A stretch of 64,000 nucleotides of DNA from assembly GCA_963695545.1 (NCBI GenBank), contig OY968796.1, forward strand, positions 2,080,001 through 2,144,000. The letters run 5' to 3'. This document shows, piece by piece, positions 30,260 to 39,375 of the stretch. The position numbers and the translations under genes were made by a program. Each line of letters opens with the position of its first letter. The stretch's first letter is position 1. The notes beneath the pieces are model-generated. The model had not been told where the DNA came from, did not search any database, and saw only the letters and a program-made list of their open reading frames with translations. The DNA comes from Terriglobia bacterium (lineage in GTDB: Bacteria; Acidobacteriota; Terriglobia; Acidiferrales; UBA7541).

Positions 30260-33200
30260 GTGGCTCGCGTAAGGCGGGCTGCACCGTGCGCGGCGTTAGC
30301 CGCGATGTGCGCTTTTCTGGTGGCGGGCGCGTACGTCGAGGGCGCGAGCGGTCGTCAGGGCGGCGACGCGGCTGCGGAATCGCGATTGCTGCAGCAGACC
30401 GAAGACGACGTGGCGCGAAAAAGCGCGGGCTGCGTTTCGTGCCACACGCAAACCGACGAGCCCACCATGCACGCGACAGGTACGGTGCGATTGGGTTGCA
30501 CGGATTGCCACGGCGGGCGCGCGGATTTGCTGCTGCCGGCTGGAGCGCAACCGGGTTCGGCGGCATACGAGCAGGCTAAGCGCACGGCGCACGTTTTGCC
30601 GCGCGATTCGCAGGATGCCGATCGCTCGGCCGAACCTGTGCGCGCGTACGCGGCTTGGCTGCACGAAACCACGGAATACGTGCGCTTCGTGAATCCGGGA
30701 GATTTGCGCGTCGCAGCGCAAACGTGCGGCGAGGCGGGGTGCCACGCTTCGGTGGTGCGCAATGTTGCGACGAGCATGATGACTACCGGCGGAATGCTGT
30801 GGGGCGCGGCGCTTTACAACAACGGCGCGTATCCTTACAAGGACTTGCGATTCGGCGAAAGTTACGCCGCCGACGGCACGCCGCAGACGGTGCGCACGAT
30901 TCCTCCGCCGACGCCGGAGGAAACGCGCGAGAAGGGAATTATCGCGGAGGTGACGCCGCTCGAACGCTGGGAAATTTCGCAGCCGGGCAACGTGCTGCGC
31001 GTTTTCGAGCGCGGCGGCGGGAAAAAAGGCGAAATCGGGTTGCCCTCGCCCGATGAGGAACCCGGCAAGCCGGACGACAAATTGAGCAGCCGCGGATTCG
31101 GCACACAACTGCGCACCGATCCGGTTTTTCTGGGACTGCAGAAGACGCGGCTGCTCGATCCGATGCTTTCGATGCCGGGGACGAACGATCAGCCGGGCGA
31201 TTATCGCGCGAGTGGCTGCACGGCGTGCCATGTGATTTACGCGAACGACCGCTCGCCGGAGCATTCGGCGCAATACGCGCAGTACGGCAACATGGGATAC
31301 AGCGCGTCGAATGATCCGACGATTCCGCACAATGAATCCGGACACGCAATTCGCCATGTTTTCACGCGCTCGATTCCATCGAGCCAGTGCATGGTGTGCC
31401 ATATTCATCCGGGCACGAATATGGTGGCCACGTATTTTGGGTACACGTGGTGGGACAACGAATCCGACGGTAAGGAGATGTATCCGGCGGCGCAGCGAAA
31501 TCCGAGCGACGAGCAGCGCTTTGAAGTTGCCACGCGAAATCCCGAAGGAGCGGCGGCGCGCGGGTTGTGGGGCGACGTGAATTTCTTGTCGCAGACGGGC
31601 AGCGCAGAATTCAACGCCAAGCTGAAGCAAACGCAGTTCGCGGATTTCCATAGTCACGGGTGGTTGTTTCGCGCGGTGTACGCGCGCGATCGGCAGGGAC
31701 GCTTGCTGGACGCGGGCGGAAACGTTGTGCCGTTCGACGATCCGCTGAAGTTCAGCAAGGCCGTGCACCTGGAGGACATTCATCTTGAAAAAGGAATGCA
31801 GTGCGTGGATTGCCATTTCGAGCAAGACGCGCATGGCACCGGTTCGCTGTACGGCGAATCGCGCGCGGCGGTCGAGCTTGATTGCGTGGATTGCCACGGG
31901 ACAATTTCCGGGCGCGCGTCGCTGGTGACGTCGGGCCCGGCGGCGCCGCCGGGCGGAACACATCTCGAGGGATTGCGCACACCGTGGGGGCAGCGGCGAT
32001 TTGAATGGCGCGAGGGACGGCTCTATCAGCGATCGATGATGGACCCGCACGAGGAATGGGAGATCGTACAGACGCTCGATTCGATCACGCCGGGCAACGC
32101 GCACTACAACGAAAAATCGCGCTTGGCGAAAACGCTGCGGACCGATGGCGTCACCTGGGGCAATGTTCCGTCGGACGCGGCGCTGCTGGCGCACGCGAAC
32201 AGCCGCATGGCTTGCTACACCTGCCACACTTCGTGGACGCCGAATTGTTTCGGTTGCCATTTGCAGATGACGGCCAATCAGCGGCGGCCGATGCTGCACA
32301 ACGAGGGTTTGGTGACGCGCAACTGGACTTCTTACAATTTTCAAGTGCTGCGCGACGACGGTTACATGCTCGGCGTGGACGGCACGGTGACTGGGCATCG
32401 GATCGCGCCGGCGCGGTCGTCGTGCGCGGTGCTGGTCAGCTCGCAGAACGCGAATCGCGAATGGCTTTACTACACGCAGCAAACAGTTTCGGCGCCGGGC
32501 TTTAGTGGCGAGGCGTTTTCGACGTTTGTGCCGCACACGGTGCGCGCGCGAGAGACCAAGACATGCACGGATTGCCATGTTTCTGCCGCGGGCGACAACA
32601 ACGCGTGGATGGCAATGCTGCTGCTTCAGGGCACGAACTTCGTGAATTACATGGGGCGCTATGTTTACGTGGCGGACGGGGCGAAAGGTTTTTCGGCCGT
32701 GGTTACGGCTGAGCACGATGAGCCGGAGGCCGTGTTCGGCAGCGATCTGCAGCGCATGGCGTATCCGGAAGATTATCGGCAGCACGTGGCGCGCGGCGGG
32801 AAGCTGACCACGGCGTTTGGTCACGCTGGGAACGTGCTCGATCTGCAATTGCGCGGCGAATATCTTTATGCGGCGCTGGGCGCGGGCGGATTCCGCGTCT
32901 ACGATGTCGCGAACATCGACAACAAGGGATTCTCCGAGCGCACGGTGACCGCCCCGGTTTCTCCGCTGGGCCAGCGACTGTACGTGAAAACGAAATACGC
33001 AACCGCGGTGGCCACGCCGACTACGCTGGCCGTCGATCCACTGCGCGCGCAGCATCCGGAAAACGAAGAGCAGAAAATTCATTTGATGTACGGATTTCTT
33101 TACGTGACCGATCGAGAAGAAGGCTTGATCGTTGTCGGCAACCCGGATTTGGAGTCGAAAAGCCCTGGCGTCGGCACGCTGCTCAATGGAAATCCTGAGG

Positions 33201-34081
33201 ACAATTTCATCGGCCGCGCCGTGACGTTCAACCCCGATGGCATTCTGCACGGCGCGCGGCGTATCACGATCGCTGGCACGTACGCTTACATTTTGTGCGA
33301 TCGCGGGTTGGTGGTTGTGGATCTGGATAATCCGCTCGAGCCGCGCGTCACGGCGGAAATCGGTGCGCCGGCGCTCGTCGATCCGCAGGGCGTGGCGGTG
33401 CAATTCCGGTATGCGTTCGTCGTTGATCGCGAGGGATTGAAAGTTCTCGACGTGACCGACCTTGCGCATCCGCGCGTTGTGCCTGGCGCAGATGTGGCGC
33501 TGGAGGACGCGCGCAACGTCACGGTTTCGCGCACGTACGCTTATGTGCCGGCGGGCCGACACGGAATCGCGATCGTGGACGTGACGCGGCCGGAGCATCC
33601 GCGCTTGAATCAAACTTTTACCGCCGATGGCGCGATCAACGATGCGCGCGACGTGAAGATCGGCGCCGTGGCTGGGGGCGTTTTTGCGTACGTGGCCGAC
33701 GGCGCGAACGGTCTGCGAATTCTGCAGGTGCTTTCGCCGGAAGATTCGCCCGACTCGTATGGATTTTCGCCGCCGCTGCGGCCCAAGCTGATCGCGACGT
33801 ATCGAACGCCGGGCGCGGCGCTGGCAGTGTCTCGCGGGATCGATCGCGATCGGGCGGTGGATGAAAGCGGCAATCAGCTCGCCGTCTTCGGGCGACGCGG
33901 CGCGCGACCTCTCAATCGCGAAGAAGCCGAGGGACTTTATTTGCGCGGCAGTCAGCTTTACACGGTTACGGATTCGCCGCCGAGCCAGCCTCTCGCGCTG
34001 GGTTCAACAGCCGCATCGAGCGGATCGGCCGCGGCCGGGCTTGAGAATTGGGTCGATCGATTGCGCGCGCATTTGCGTTAG
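30260..34081 (+). CDS. Multiheme cytochrome c (9 CxxCH + 1 CX4CH) fused to an LVIVD-repeat beta-propeller
   Basis: CVSCH, CTDCH, CGEAGCH, CTACH, CMVCH, CVDCH twice, CYTCH, CFGCH, CTDCH; then YVYVADG, FRVYDV, LVVVDL, LKVLDV, IAIVDV repeats. Start is approximate. Confidence 0.9.
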   Translation: MARVRRAAPCAALAAMCAFLVAGAYVEGASGRQGGDAAAESRLLQQTEDDVARKSAGCVSCHTQTDEPTMHATGTVRLGCTDCHGGRADLLLPAGAQPGSAAYEQAKRTAHVLPRDSQDADRSAEPVRAYAAWLHETTEYVRFVNPGDLRVAAQTCGEAGCHASVVRNVATSMMTTGGMLWGAALYNNGAYPYKDLRFGESYAADGTPQTVRTIPPPTPEETREKGIIAEVTPLERWEISQPGNVLRVFERGGGKKGEIGLPSPDEEPGKPDDKLSSRGFGTQLRTDPVFLGLQKTRLLDPMLSMPGTNDQPGDYRASGCTACHVIYANDRSPEHSAQYAQYGNMGYSASNDPTIPHNESGHAIRHVFTRSIPSSQCMVCHIHPGTNMVATYFGYTWWDNESDGKEMYPAAQRNPSDEQRFEVATRNPEGAAARGLWGDVNFLSQTGSAEFNAKLKQTQFADFHSHGWLFRAVYARDRQGRLLDAGGNVVPFDDPLKFSKAVHLEDIHLEKGMQCVDCHFEQDAHGTGSLYGESRAAVELDCVDCHGTISGRASLVTSGPAAPPGGTHLEGLRTPWGQRRFEWREGRLYQRSMMDPHEEWEIVQTLDSITPGNAHYNEKSRLAKTLRTDGVTWGNVPSDAALLAHANSRMACYTCHTSWTPNCFGCHLQMTANQRRPMLHNEGLVTRNWTSYNFQVLRDDGYMLGVDGTVTGHRIAPARSSCAVLVSSQNANREWLYYTQQTVSAPGFSGEAFSTFVPHTVRARETKTCTDCHVSAAGDNNAWMAMLLLQGTNFVNYMGRYVYVADGAKGFSAVVTAEHDEPEAVFGSDLQRMAYPEDYRQHVARGGKLTTAFGHAGNVLDLQLRGEYLYAALGAGGFRVYDVANIDNKGFSERTVTAPVSPLGQRLYVKTKYATAVATPTTLAVDPLRAQHPENEEQKIHLMYGFLYVTDREEGLIVVGNPDLESKSPGVGTLLNGNPEDNFIGRAVTFNPDGILHGARRITIAGTYAYILCDRGLVVVDLDNPLEPRVTAEIGAPALVDPQGVAVQFRYAFVVDREGLKVLDVTDLAHPRVVPGADVALEDARNVTVSRTYAYVPAGRHGIAIVDVTRPEHPRLNQTFTADGAINDARDVKIGAVAGGVFAYVADGANGLRILQVLSPEDSPDSYGFSPPLRPKLIATYRTPGAALAVSRGIDRDRAVDESGNQLAVFGRRGARPLNREEAEGLYLRGSQLYTVTDSPPSQPLALGSTAASSGSAAAGLENWVDRLRAHLR

Positions 34082-34094
34082 TTCAGGGAGCGGC

Positions 34095-34868
34095 ATGGGA
34101 ATTGTCCGCAAAATCCAGGGCGCGTTCGGCGGCGGCGCGATTCCGCAGACCATTTGCTGGGGAACGCTCTCACAGGCGGAGCTTCTGATTCCGTGGCAGA
34201 ACAAAAATACGCGGCGGTGGGCGCACAGATGGGTACGGCGCCATTTCTCGGAGTTGCCGCTGGGCGCGTTGGATATTGTGGACGCGGGATCGGGCACATC
34301 GAATCGTCTGCTTGATTGGTATCGGCCGCGCGTGCGGCACGCTTATTTGCTGGATTTTCTGGTCGAGCCACACGAAGAGGGCAATTCGAGTTTCGTTCGC
34401 GCCGATCTCGAAAAGGGCATGCCGGTTCCCGACGCTTGCGCGGATGTGGTTACGAGCGTTAGCAGCGTCGAGCATCTTTCCGAGGCCGGGCAGATGCTGT
34501 TTCTTAGCGAAGCGGCGCGGGTGTTGCGTCCGGGCGGACGCGTGATTGCGACTTTCAGTTACGTCTTCGCGTTGGATGCGCAGTCATTGAAAATACTTTC
34601 GAGCAATCCCGTGCTGGCGGGGAATGGATTCGCGATTTCGGCGCGGCCAAACTTGCGCAGAATGCTCGAACGGGCGCCGGAACTTGCGCCTCCAGTCGCG
34701 CCCGTGTGGAAGAATTTTCCCGGCTTCGAGGGATTCGCGGAGAGCGCGATTCTTGCCGATCGCGACATTCTCTTGGACCCGATATTTTCCGGTGATCCCG
34801 GCGCGAAGGAAGTGAATGCGCTGGGGAAACGCTACGGAGAAATCGGCATTTATCTGGTGAAGAAATAG
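34095..34868 (+). CDS. Class I SAM-dependent methyltransferase
   Basis: IVDAGSG, ADL...P, DVVTSVSSVEHL, EAARVLRPGG; GGGAG RBS. Confidence 0.85.
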   Translation: MGIVRKIQGAFGGGAIPQTICWGTLSQAELLIPWQNKNTRRWAHRWVRRHFSELPLGALDIVDAGSGTSNRLLDWYRPRVRHAYLLDFLVEPHEEGNSSFVRADLEKGMPVPDACADVVTSVSSVEHLSEAGQMLFLSEAARVLRPGGRVIATFSYVFALDAQSLKILSSNPVLAGNGFAISARPNLRRMLERAPELAPPVAPVWKNFPGFEGFAESAILADRDILLDPIFSGDPGAKEVNALGKRYGEIGIYLVKK

Positions 34869-34923
34869 GTTCCGGCGGGTCGGCCGCCAAAAATCAGCTC
34901 GATTACAAGCCGGCGCTTGCATT

Positions 34924-36309
34924 TCAGCCGCCCCCGCCGGACGCTTTCCCCGGCGCGCGAATCAGGCTCGACAATAATTCGTCAATCGATGCGTGCCCCG
35001 GCGCATATTTGCGCAGCGTGGGATCGTGATAGGTGTGGCACTCAAAGCAGCGCGCTTCGGCGGCGCGCGGTCCTTCGTGGTGGCATTGGCGGCACGTCGT
35101 GATTCCGGGGAGCAGAATGTCCGAGCTCTGCTGGCTCGTGCGCGCCGCGGTGTGACAACTCTCGCAGGTGACGAGCTGGTGCTGCGCGTGATCGAACTTC
35201 GCGAGCGGGAAAAAACGAAGCGTGACATTCGATGGCGCTACGCTGGGCAACGTGGCGTTGAGCGTCGCTAGATCTGGCAGCGTCATGACCGGCGGCACGG
35301 CGCTTGCTTGCTCTTGGCCCGGAGCGAAATTTAGCGTGTGACATTCTTTGCAGGTTTTGCGCCACAGAAGATCCTCGGCTTCCGCGGTGTGCTCGGCGAC
35401 CCATTCGGGCGGCGTCAGCAGGCGATAAACGGCGGGAACTGGGCGGCGCGGCAGATCGCGATTTGGTTGGCGCAATTCGCGCAGCTCGGCCGGGTGCGCG
35501 GCGATGTAGGTTTGGAATTTTGCGATGATGAACGCCTGAATTCGCTGCGGCGTATCGTGCCGGACTTGATCTGTGAAGCGTTTGTCGAATTGCAACGTGT
35601 GGCACGACGCGCAAGTTGCAGCATAAGTTGCCGGCTGCATTGTCGCGCCCATCGAGCGTGGCTCGATCGCAGTCCCTGCGCTCGCGGCGTTAGCGAGCCG
35701 GTGGCAATCGCCGCAGACGAGCTGCACGTGGCCGCGTGGGCCGGTGAGATTCGCCTGCATGTGCAGTGCGTGATCGAACTTGATCGTTGTCGGATCGGGC
35801 TCCTCAGATCGCAGCACCGCAAACTCGGGGTGATCGCCCGAAAAACTTTCGATGTGCGCGGCGTAATGCGCCGGCCCGGCGCGCGTTTCGAGATTGGCGT
35901 GGCACTGCGTGCAGCTTGCGTCGCTCACCGCGGCGAGGCGAATCGCACCGCGGTGATCAGCGTGGCAGCTCGCGCAGGAGGGCGTGAAAGTCTGAGACGC
36001 CTGATGGATCGGGCCATCGTGGCAATCCAGGCAAGCGTGATCGGAAACGTTTCGCACGAAGAATAAGCCGCCGGCGGTGACGTGGCACGCGCTGCAGCGA
36101 TTTGAAAACACGGCGTGCGCGGCCGAGAGTTTTCCCGCGGAATACACCGCGTTGTCTCGTCGCGCGGCGTGCCAACCGAGCCAGGCAAGCGCGAGGACGA
36201 GCGCCGCAAGCGAGAGGCGGAATCTCCACTGGCGCAGCGGGCGCGGCTCGCGGAAATAATTGAGATCGATCCGCTGCGCGAGCTTTTTTGTTGTGCGCGA
36301 GCGCGGCAA
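34924..36309 (-). CDS. Membrane-anchored decaheme cytochrome c (c3-like)
   Basis: N-terminal TM helix; CSACH, CLDCH, CASCH, CTQCH, CGDCH, CASCH, CKECH, CESCH, CRQCH, CFECH; FDHxxH motifs. Confidence 0.92.
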   Translation of the reverse strand: MPRSRTTKKLAQRIDLNYFREPRPLRQWRFRLSLAALVLALAWLGWHAARRDNAVYSAGKLSAAHAVFSNRCSACHVTAGGLFFVRNVSDHACLDCHDGPIHQASQTFTPSCASCHADHRGAIRLAAVSDASCTQCHANLETRAGPAHYAAHIESFSGDHPEFAVLRSEEPDPTTIKFDHALHMQANLTGPRGHVQLVCGDCHRLANAASAGTAIEPRSMGATMQPATYAATCASCHTLQFDKRFTDQVRHDTPQRIQAFIIAKFQTYIAAHPAELRELRQPNRDLPRRPVPAVYRLLTPPEWVAEHTAEAEDLLWRKTCKECHTLNFAPGQEQASAVPPVMTLPDLATLNATLPSVAPSNVTLRFFPLAKFDHAQHQLVTCESCHTAARTSQQSSDILLPGITTCRQCHHEGPRAAEARCFECHTYHDPTLRKYAPGHASIDELLSSLIRAPGKASGGGG

Positions 36310-36318
36310 AGATTGCTC

Positions 36319-37182
36319 CTAATATCGCAGCGCCACGAAGGCGTGGGCTGCGCCAAGCAAAATCAGCGCAATCGAAAGCGGCACGTGAATCAGAAGCCAG
36401 CCGTGCAGCCAGCGGTGCAGGTGCGCCTGGCGCGTCAGTTGGCGCGCTTCCTCGCAAATATTTTCGAGATCGTCGACCGCCGCGTGCAGGGGCGGCGGCA
36501 CGAGAAGCCGCACGTTGGAAAATGCGCGTTCGGCTTGCGAGCGATCGGCCAAGGGATTCGGTCCGGGCGCGCGCTCGAGATACGGCCGGATTTCGCGGTC
36601 GTAGAACGCGACGAGGGGCGCGGCAGGTGCTGCGGTCGTCGCGGCTGCGCCTTCTTCGTCGGGATTTTCGGCCACGGTGATCGCGCTGGCGCGCGCGATT
36701 TGTTCGGCGGCTTCGGCGCGAAGTTGCGCACGGACGTGCTCGATTTCTTCGTAGATAGTCTCAAGCGGGACATCGCGCGTCATCGTGGCGGGCATGAAAT
36801 GTTGTAAGACCGCGCCGAAGATTCCGCTGGCGATCACGATTACAAGCAGCCAGAGCAGCATGATGGTGAGCGGACCGCCCGCGTGGAACCCGGCGTGAAG
36901 CAAAATCAGCGGGAGACTCAGCAAGCCGAGCCACAGATGGCCCCGCATCCAGGTTTGCGCGCGGCCCAGACGCCACACGGGAACTTTTTTCCGCGCGCCG
37001 AGCAGGCCGGCGAAAATCATGAACGCGAAGCCGACGACTCCAAACGCCAATCCGAGCGGCGTGCCGCCCATCGGTTCCGCCGCGGAGGCCGCGGGCCGGC
37101 CGAGCGCATACAAGACGCACGCGGCGCCGAGAATTACGCACGACGCGATGAGCCACCCTGTGTGCGTGCGGTCAATTCGCAT
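36319..37182 (-). CDS. Polytopic membrane protein with intramembrane His (possible cytochrome b)
   Basis: About 5-6 hydrophobic helices; WMRGHLWLG, LLHAG, WLLIHVPLS, AAH. Confidence 0.75.
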   Translation of the reverse strand: MRIDRTHTGWLIASCVILGAACVLYALGRPAASAAEPMGGTPLGLAFGVVGFAFMIFAGLLGARKKVPVWRLGRAQTWMRGHLWLGLLSLPLILLHAGFHAGGPLTIMLLWLLVIVIASGIFGAVLQHFMPATMTRDVPLETIYEEIEHVRAQLRAEAAEQIARASAITVAENPDEEGAAATTAAPAAPLVAFYDREIRPYLERAPGPNPLADRSQAERAFSNVRLLVPPPLHAAVDDLENICEEARQLTRQAHLHRWLHGWLLIHVPLSIALILLGAAHAFVALRY

Positions 37183-37200
37183 GCTGAGGCGCCGCCATTT

Positions 37201-39375
37201 TCATTTCGCGATTTTTCCGTCGCGGCTCACCGGCGCGCCGACAAGCGAACCAAAAAATTGCCGCGGCTCGACGCGATGTGCGGCGTCGTGTGGGCAGGCA
37301 TAGACACAACTCGGCTCGGCATGGTCGGTGCAGAGATCGCAGGAAGTGGCTTTTTTGCGGACCACGGCGCGCTTGCGGCCGGGATGATCGGGATCGTCGG
37401 CCTGCACGGTGAACGGATGCAAATTAATATTGCCGTACGGGCAATTCTGGGCGCAGAGGCCACAGCCGATGCACCAATCCTCGATGATCACTTCGAGCGA
37501 ATTGCGGCGGCGAATCGATCCCACCGGACAGCCCACCATGCAGAGAGGATCGCGGCACTGCCGGCAGGAAGTAGCCACCAAATATTTATCGAAGCGCAAT
37601 CCTTCGCGGATCAGGCGCGTGACGCCGTCGTGCGCATCGGCGCAGGCGTTCACGCAGGCGTCGCAGCGCGTGCAGCGCTCGAGATCGAGAACGAGCAAGC
37701 TCTGCGCTTCCATCAGACCTTGCGCGAGAAAACTTTCGAGCGGCACGCTGCCCAGCACCGCCATGCGTTCCTGATTGGCCTGCTGACGCTCCTGCGCGAC
37801 GGCTTCGAGTCCCTGGCGCACGGAAGGGAATCGTTCGACCATGGCGCGGAATTCGTCGCCTGGGATGCGCACCACCTCAGCGTGATCGAGAGCCGTGCAC
37901 GTGGCCGTGCGCGCGCTTCCGCCGAGCAGGCCGATTTCGCCGAAATAATCGCCGCGCGAAAGATAGGCCAGCACGAGTTCGCCGCCGGCGTGCCGCTCGG
38001 AAACTTTCACGAATCCCAGGCGCACCAGATAGAAACTGTCGGCTGGTTCGCCTTGGCGGCAAATCACCTGGCCGGGGGCGAAACTCGAAAGCTCGACGCG
38101 CTCGCGCAGGCGATCGAGGAATTCCTTGTCGAGCGCGCGGAATAATGGAACGTTGCGCAAATGATCTTCAAGCGCGCGCTGGCGATAGGTGCGATCGAGC
38201 TGCGCACGCAGAGTTTTGTTCTTGCGCATGGTGTCCAGAACGTTGCGCAGCATTTCGAGCACCGTGCAATCGGTTTCGGCGCGCACGGTGGCCGAACGCG
38301 GATAGAAATTCATGCAGGTCATTTCGCCGAAAAGATCGCTGGGGCCGAGCTCGGCGACGGGGTGGTCGTAATCGAGATCGACGGGCGCGTCGATGGGAAT
38401 CGAGCGGCGCGTGACGTCTTCCGCGCGGTGATCGCCGGCCCGGCCAACCAGGAAACTGCCGAGGCGGCTGAAAAATCCGCGCTCACCGCCCGAAGTTTTC
38501 ACGTGCGCCATCGGGCTTGAGATCGAGACGCTGACTTTGCCTTCGAGGATGTAAAAAGCCGTCGAACCGAAATCGCCTTCGCGGCAGACGATTTCACCTT
38601 TGCGGAAACGGCGCTTGATCACCGCGTTTTTGTTCAGCTCGAGGAACGTGCCGGAAACGTTGTGAAACACTGGCAGAGCGAGCAACTCTTCGGTCGTTGC
38701 GCTTTCCGCACCATGCTCTGCGCCGAGCGCTGTGCCAACCACGAACTTGTTTGTCAGCGCGCCTGTTGGGCACGAGACCATGCATTCGCCGCACGAAACG
38801 CACGTGGATTCGCCCATCGGCGCGCCCGCGTCGAAGGCGATGTCGGTTGCGCCGCCCTTGCCCATGCGCGCCAGCACGAAATTGCCGCGGATATCGCCGC
38901 AGCCGCGGATGCAGCGATCGCAGAGAATGCAGGCATCGTGCGCCACGGCGATCGCAGGAGAAGAATCGTCTTGCGGCCGCGCCGCGCGGCGCGGGAATCG
39001 CGACGCGCCGATTCCGGCCGCGCGCGCCAAGGTTTCGAGTTCGCAATCGCCCGACTGCTGCTGCCGCGGGCAGGGCGAAGGATGGTCGGCCAACAGCAAT
39101 TCGAGCAGCGTGCCGCGCGCCGCGGTAACGCGCTCGGAGGACGTCGTGACGACCATGCCCGGCTCCGCCGGCCGCACGCACGACGCCGCGAAAACACGTG
39201 CGCCGACGTCGACGACGCACACGCGGCACACGCCGACCGGCGTTTCATTCTGCTGATGGCACAGCGTGGGAATCGCGATGCCGTTCATGCGCGCCGCGTC
39301 GAAGACGGTCGTACCGGGCGCGACGGCGATCTTGCGCCCGTCGATTGTGAGCTCGATCAGGGAAGCGGCGTTCAT
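37201..39375 (-). CDS. Fe-S/cNMP fusion: NuoG-like N-domain + two cNMP-binding domains + DmsB-like 4x[4Fe-4S] domain
   Basis: PTLCH..GVCRVC..ASC; CILCDRC, CVSCGEC; FGEM..PRSATV and FGEI..RTATC; CTRCDAC, CRQC..C, CIGCGLC, CDLC..C. ATGA overlap with the upstream gene. Confidence 0.9.
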   Translation of the reverse strand: MNAASLIELTIDGRKIAVAPGTTVFDAARMNGIAIPTLCHQQNETPVGVCRVCVVDVGARVFAASCVRPAEPGMVVTTSSERVTAARGTLLELLLADHPSPCPRQQQSGDCELETLARAAGIGASRFPRRAARPQDDSSPAIAVAHDACILCDRCIRGCGDIRGNFVLARMGKGGATDIAFDAGAPMGESTCVSCGECMVSCPTGALTNKFVVGTALGAEHGAESATTEELLALPVFHNVSGTFLELNKNAVIKRRFRKGEIVCREGDFGSTAFYILEGKVSVSISSPMAHVKTSGGERGFFSRLGSFLVGRAGDHRAEDVTRRSIPIDAPVDLDYDHPVAELGPSDLFGEMTCMNFYPRSATVRAETDCTVLEMLRNVLDTMRKNKTLRAQLDRTYRQRALEDHLRNVPLFRALDKEFLDRLRERVELSSFAPGQVICRQGEPADSFYLVRLGFVKVSERHAGGELVLAYLSRGDYFGEIGLLGGSARTATCTALDHAEVVRIPGDEFRAMVERFPSVRQGLEAVAQERQQANQERMAVLGSVPLESFLAQGLMEAQSLLVLDLERCTRCDACVNACADAHDGVTRLIREGLRFDKYLVATSCRQCRDPLCMVGCPVGSIRRRNSLEVIIEDWCIGCGLCAQNCPYGNINLHPFTVQADDPDHPGRKRAVVRKKATSCDLCTDHAEPSCVYACPHDAAHRVEPRQFFGSLVGAPVSRDGKIAK

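Noticed and set aside
30296..33613. 1105-aa minus-strand ORF and similar long shadow ORFs (22599-24230, 47820-49430, 53492-55051)
   Set aside because: These are antisense shadows of well-supported genes, expected at high GC, and carry no motifs.
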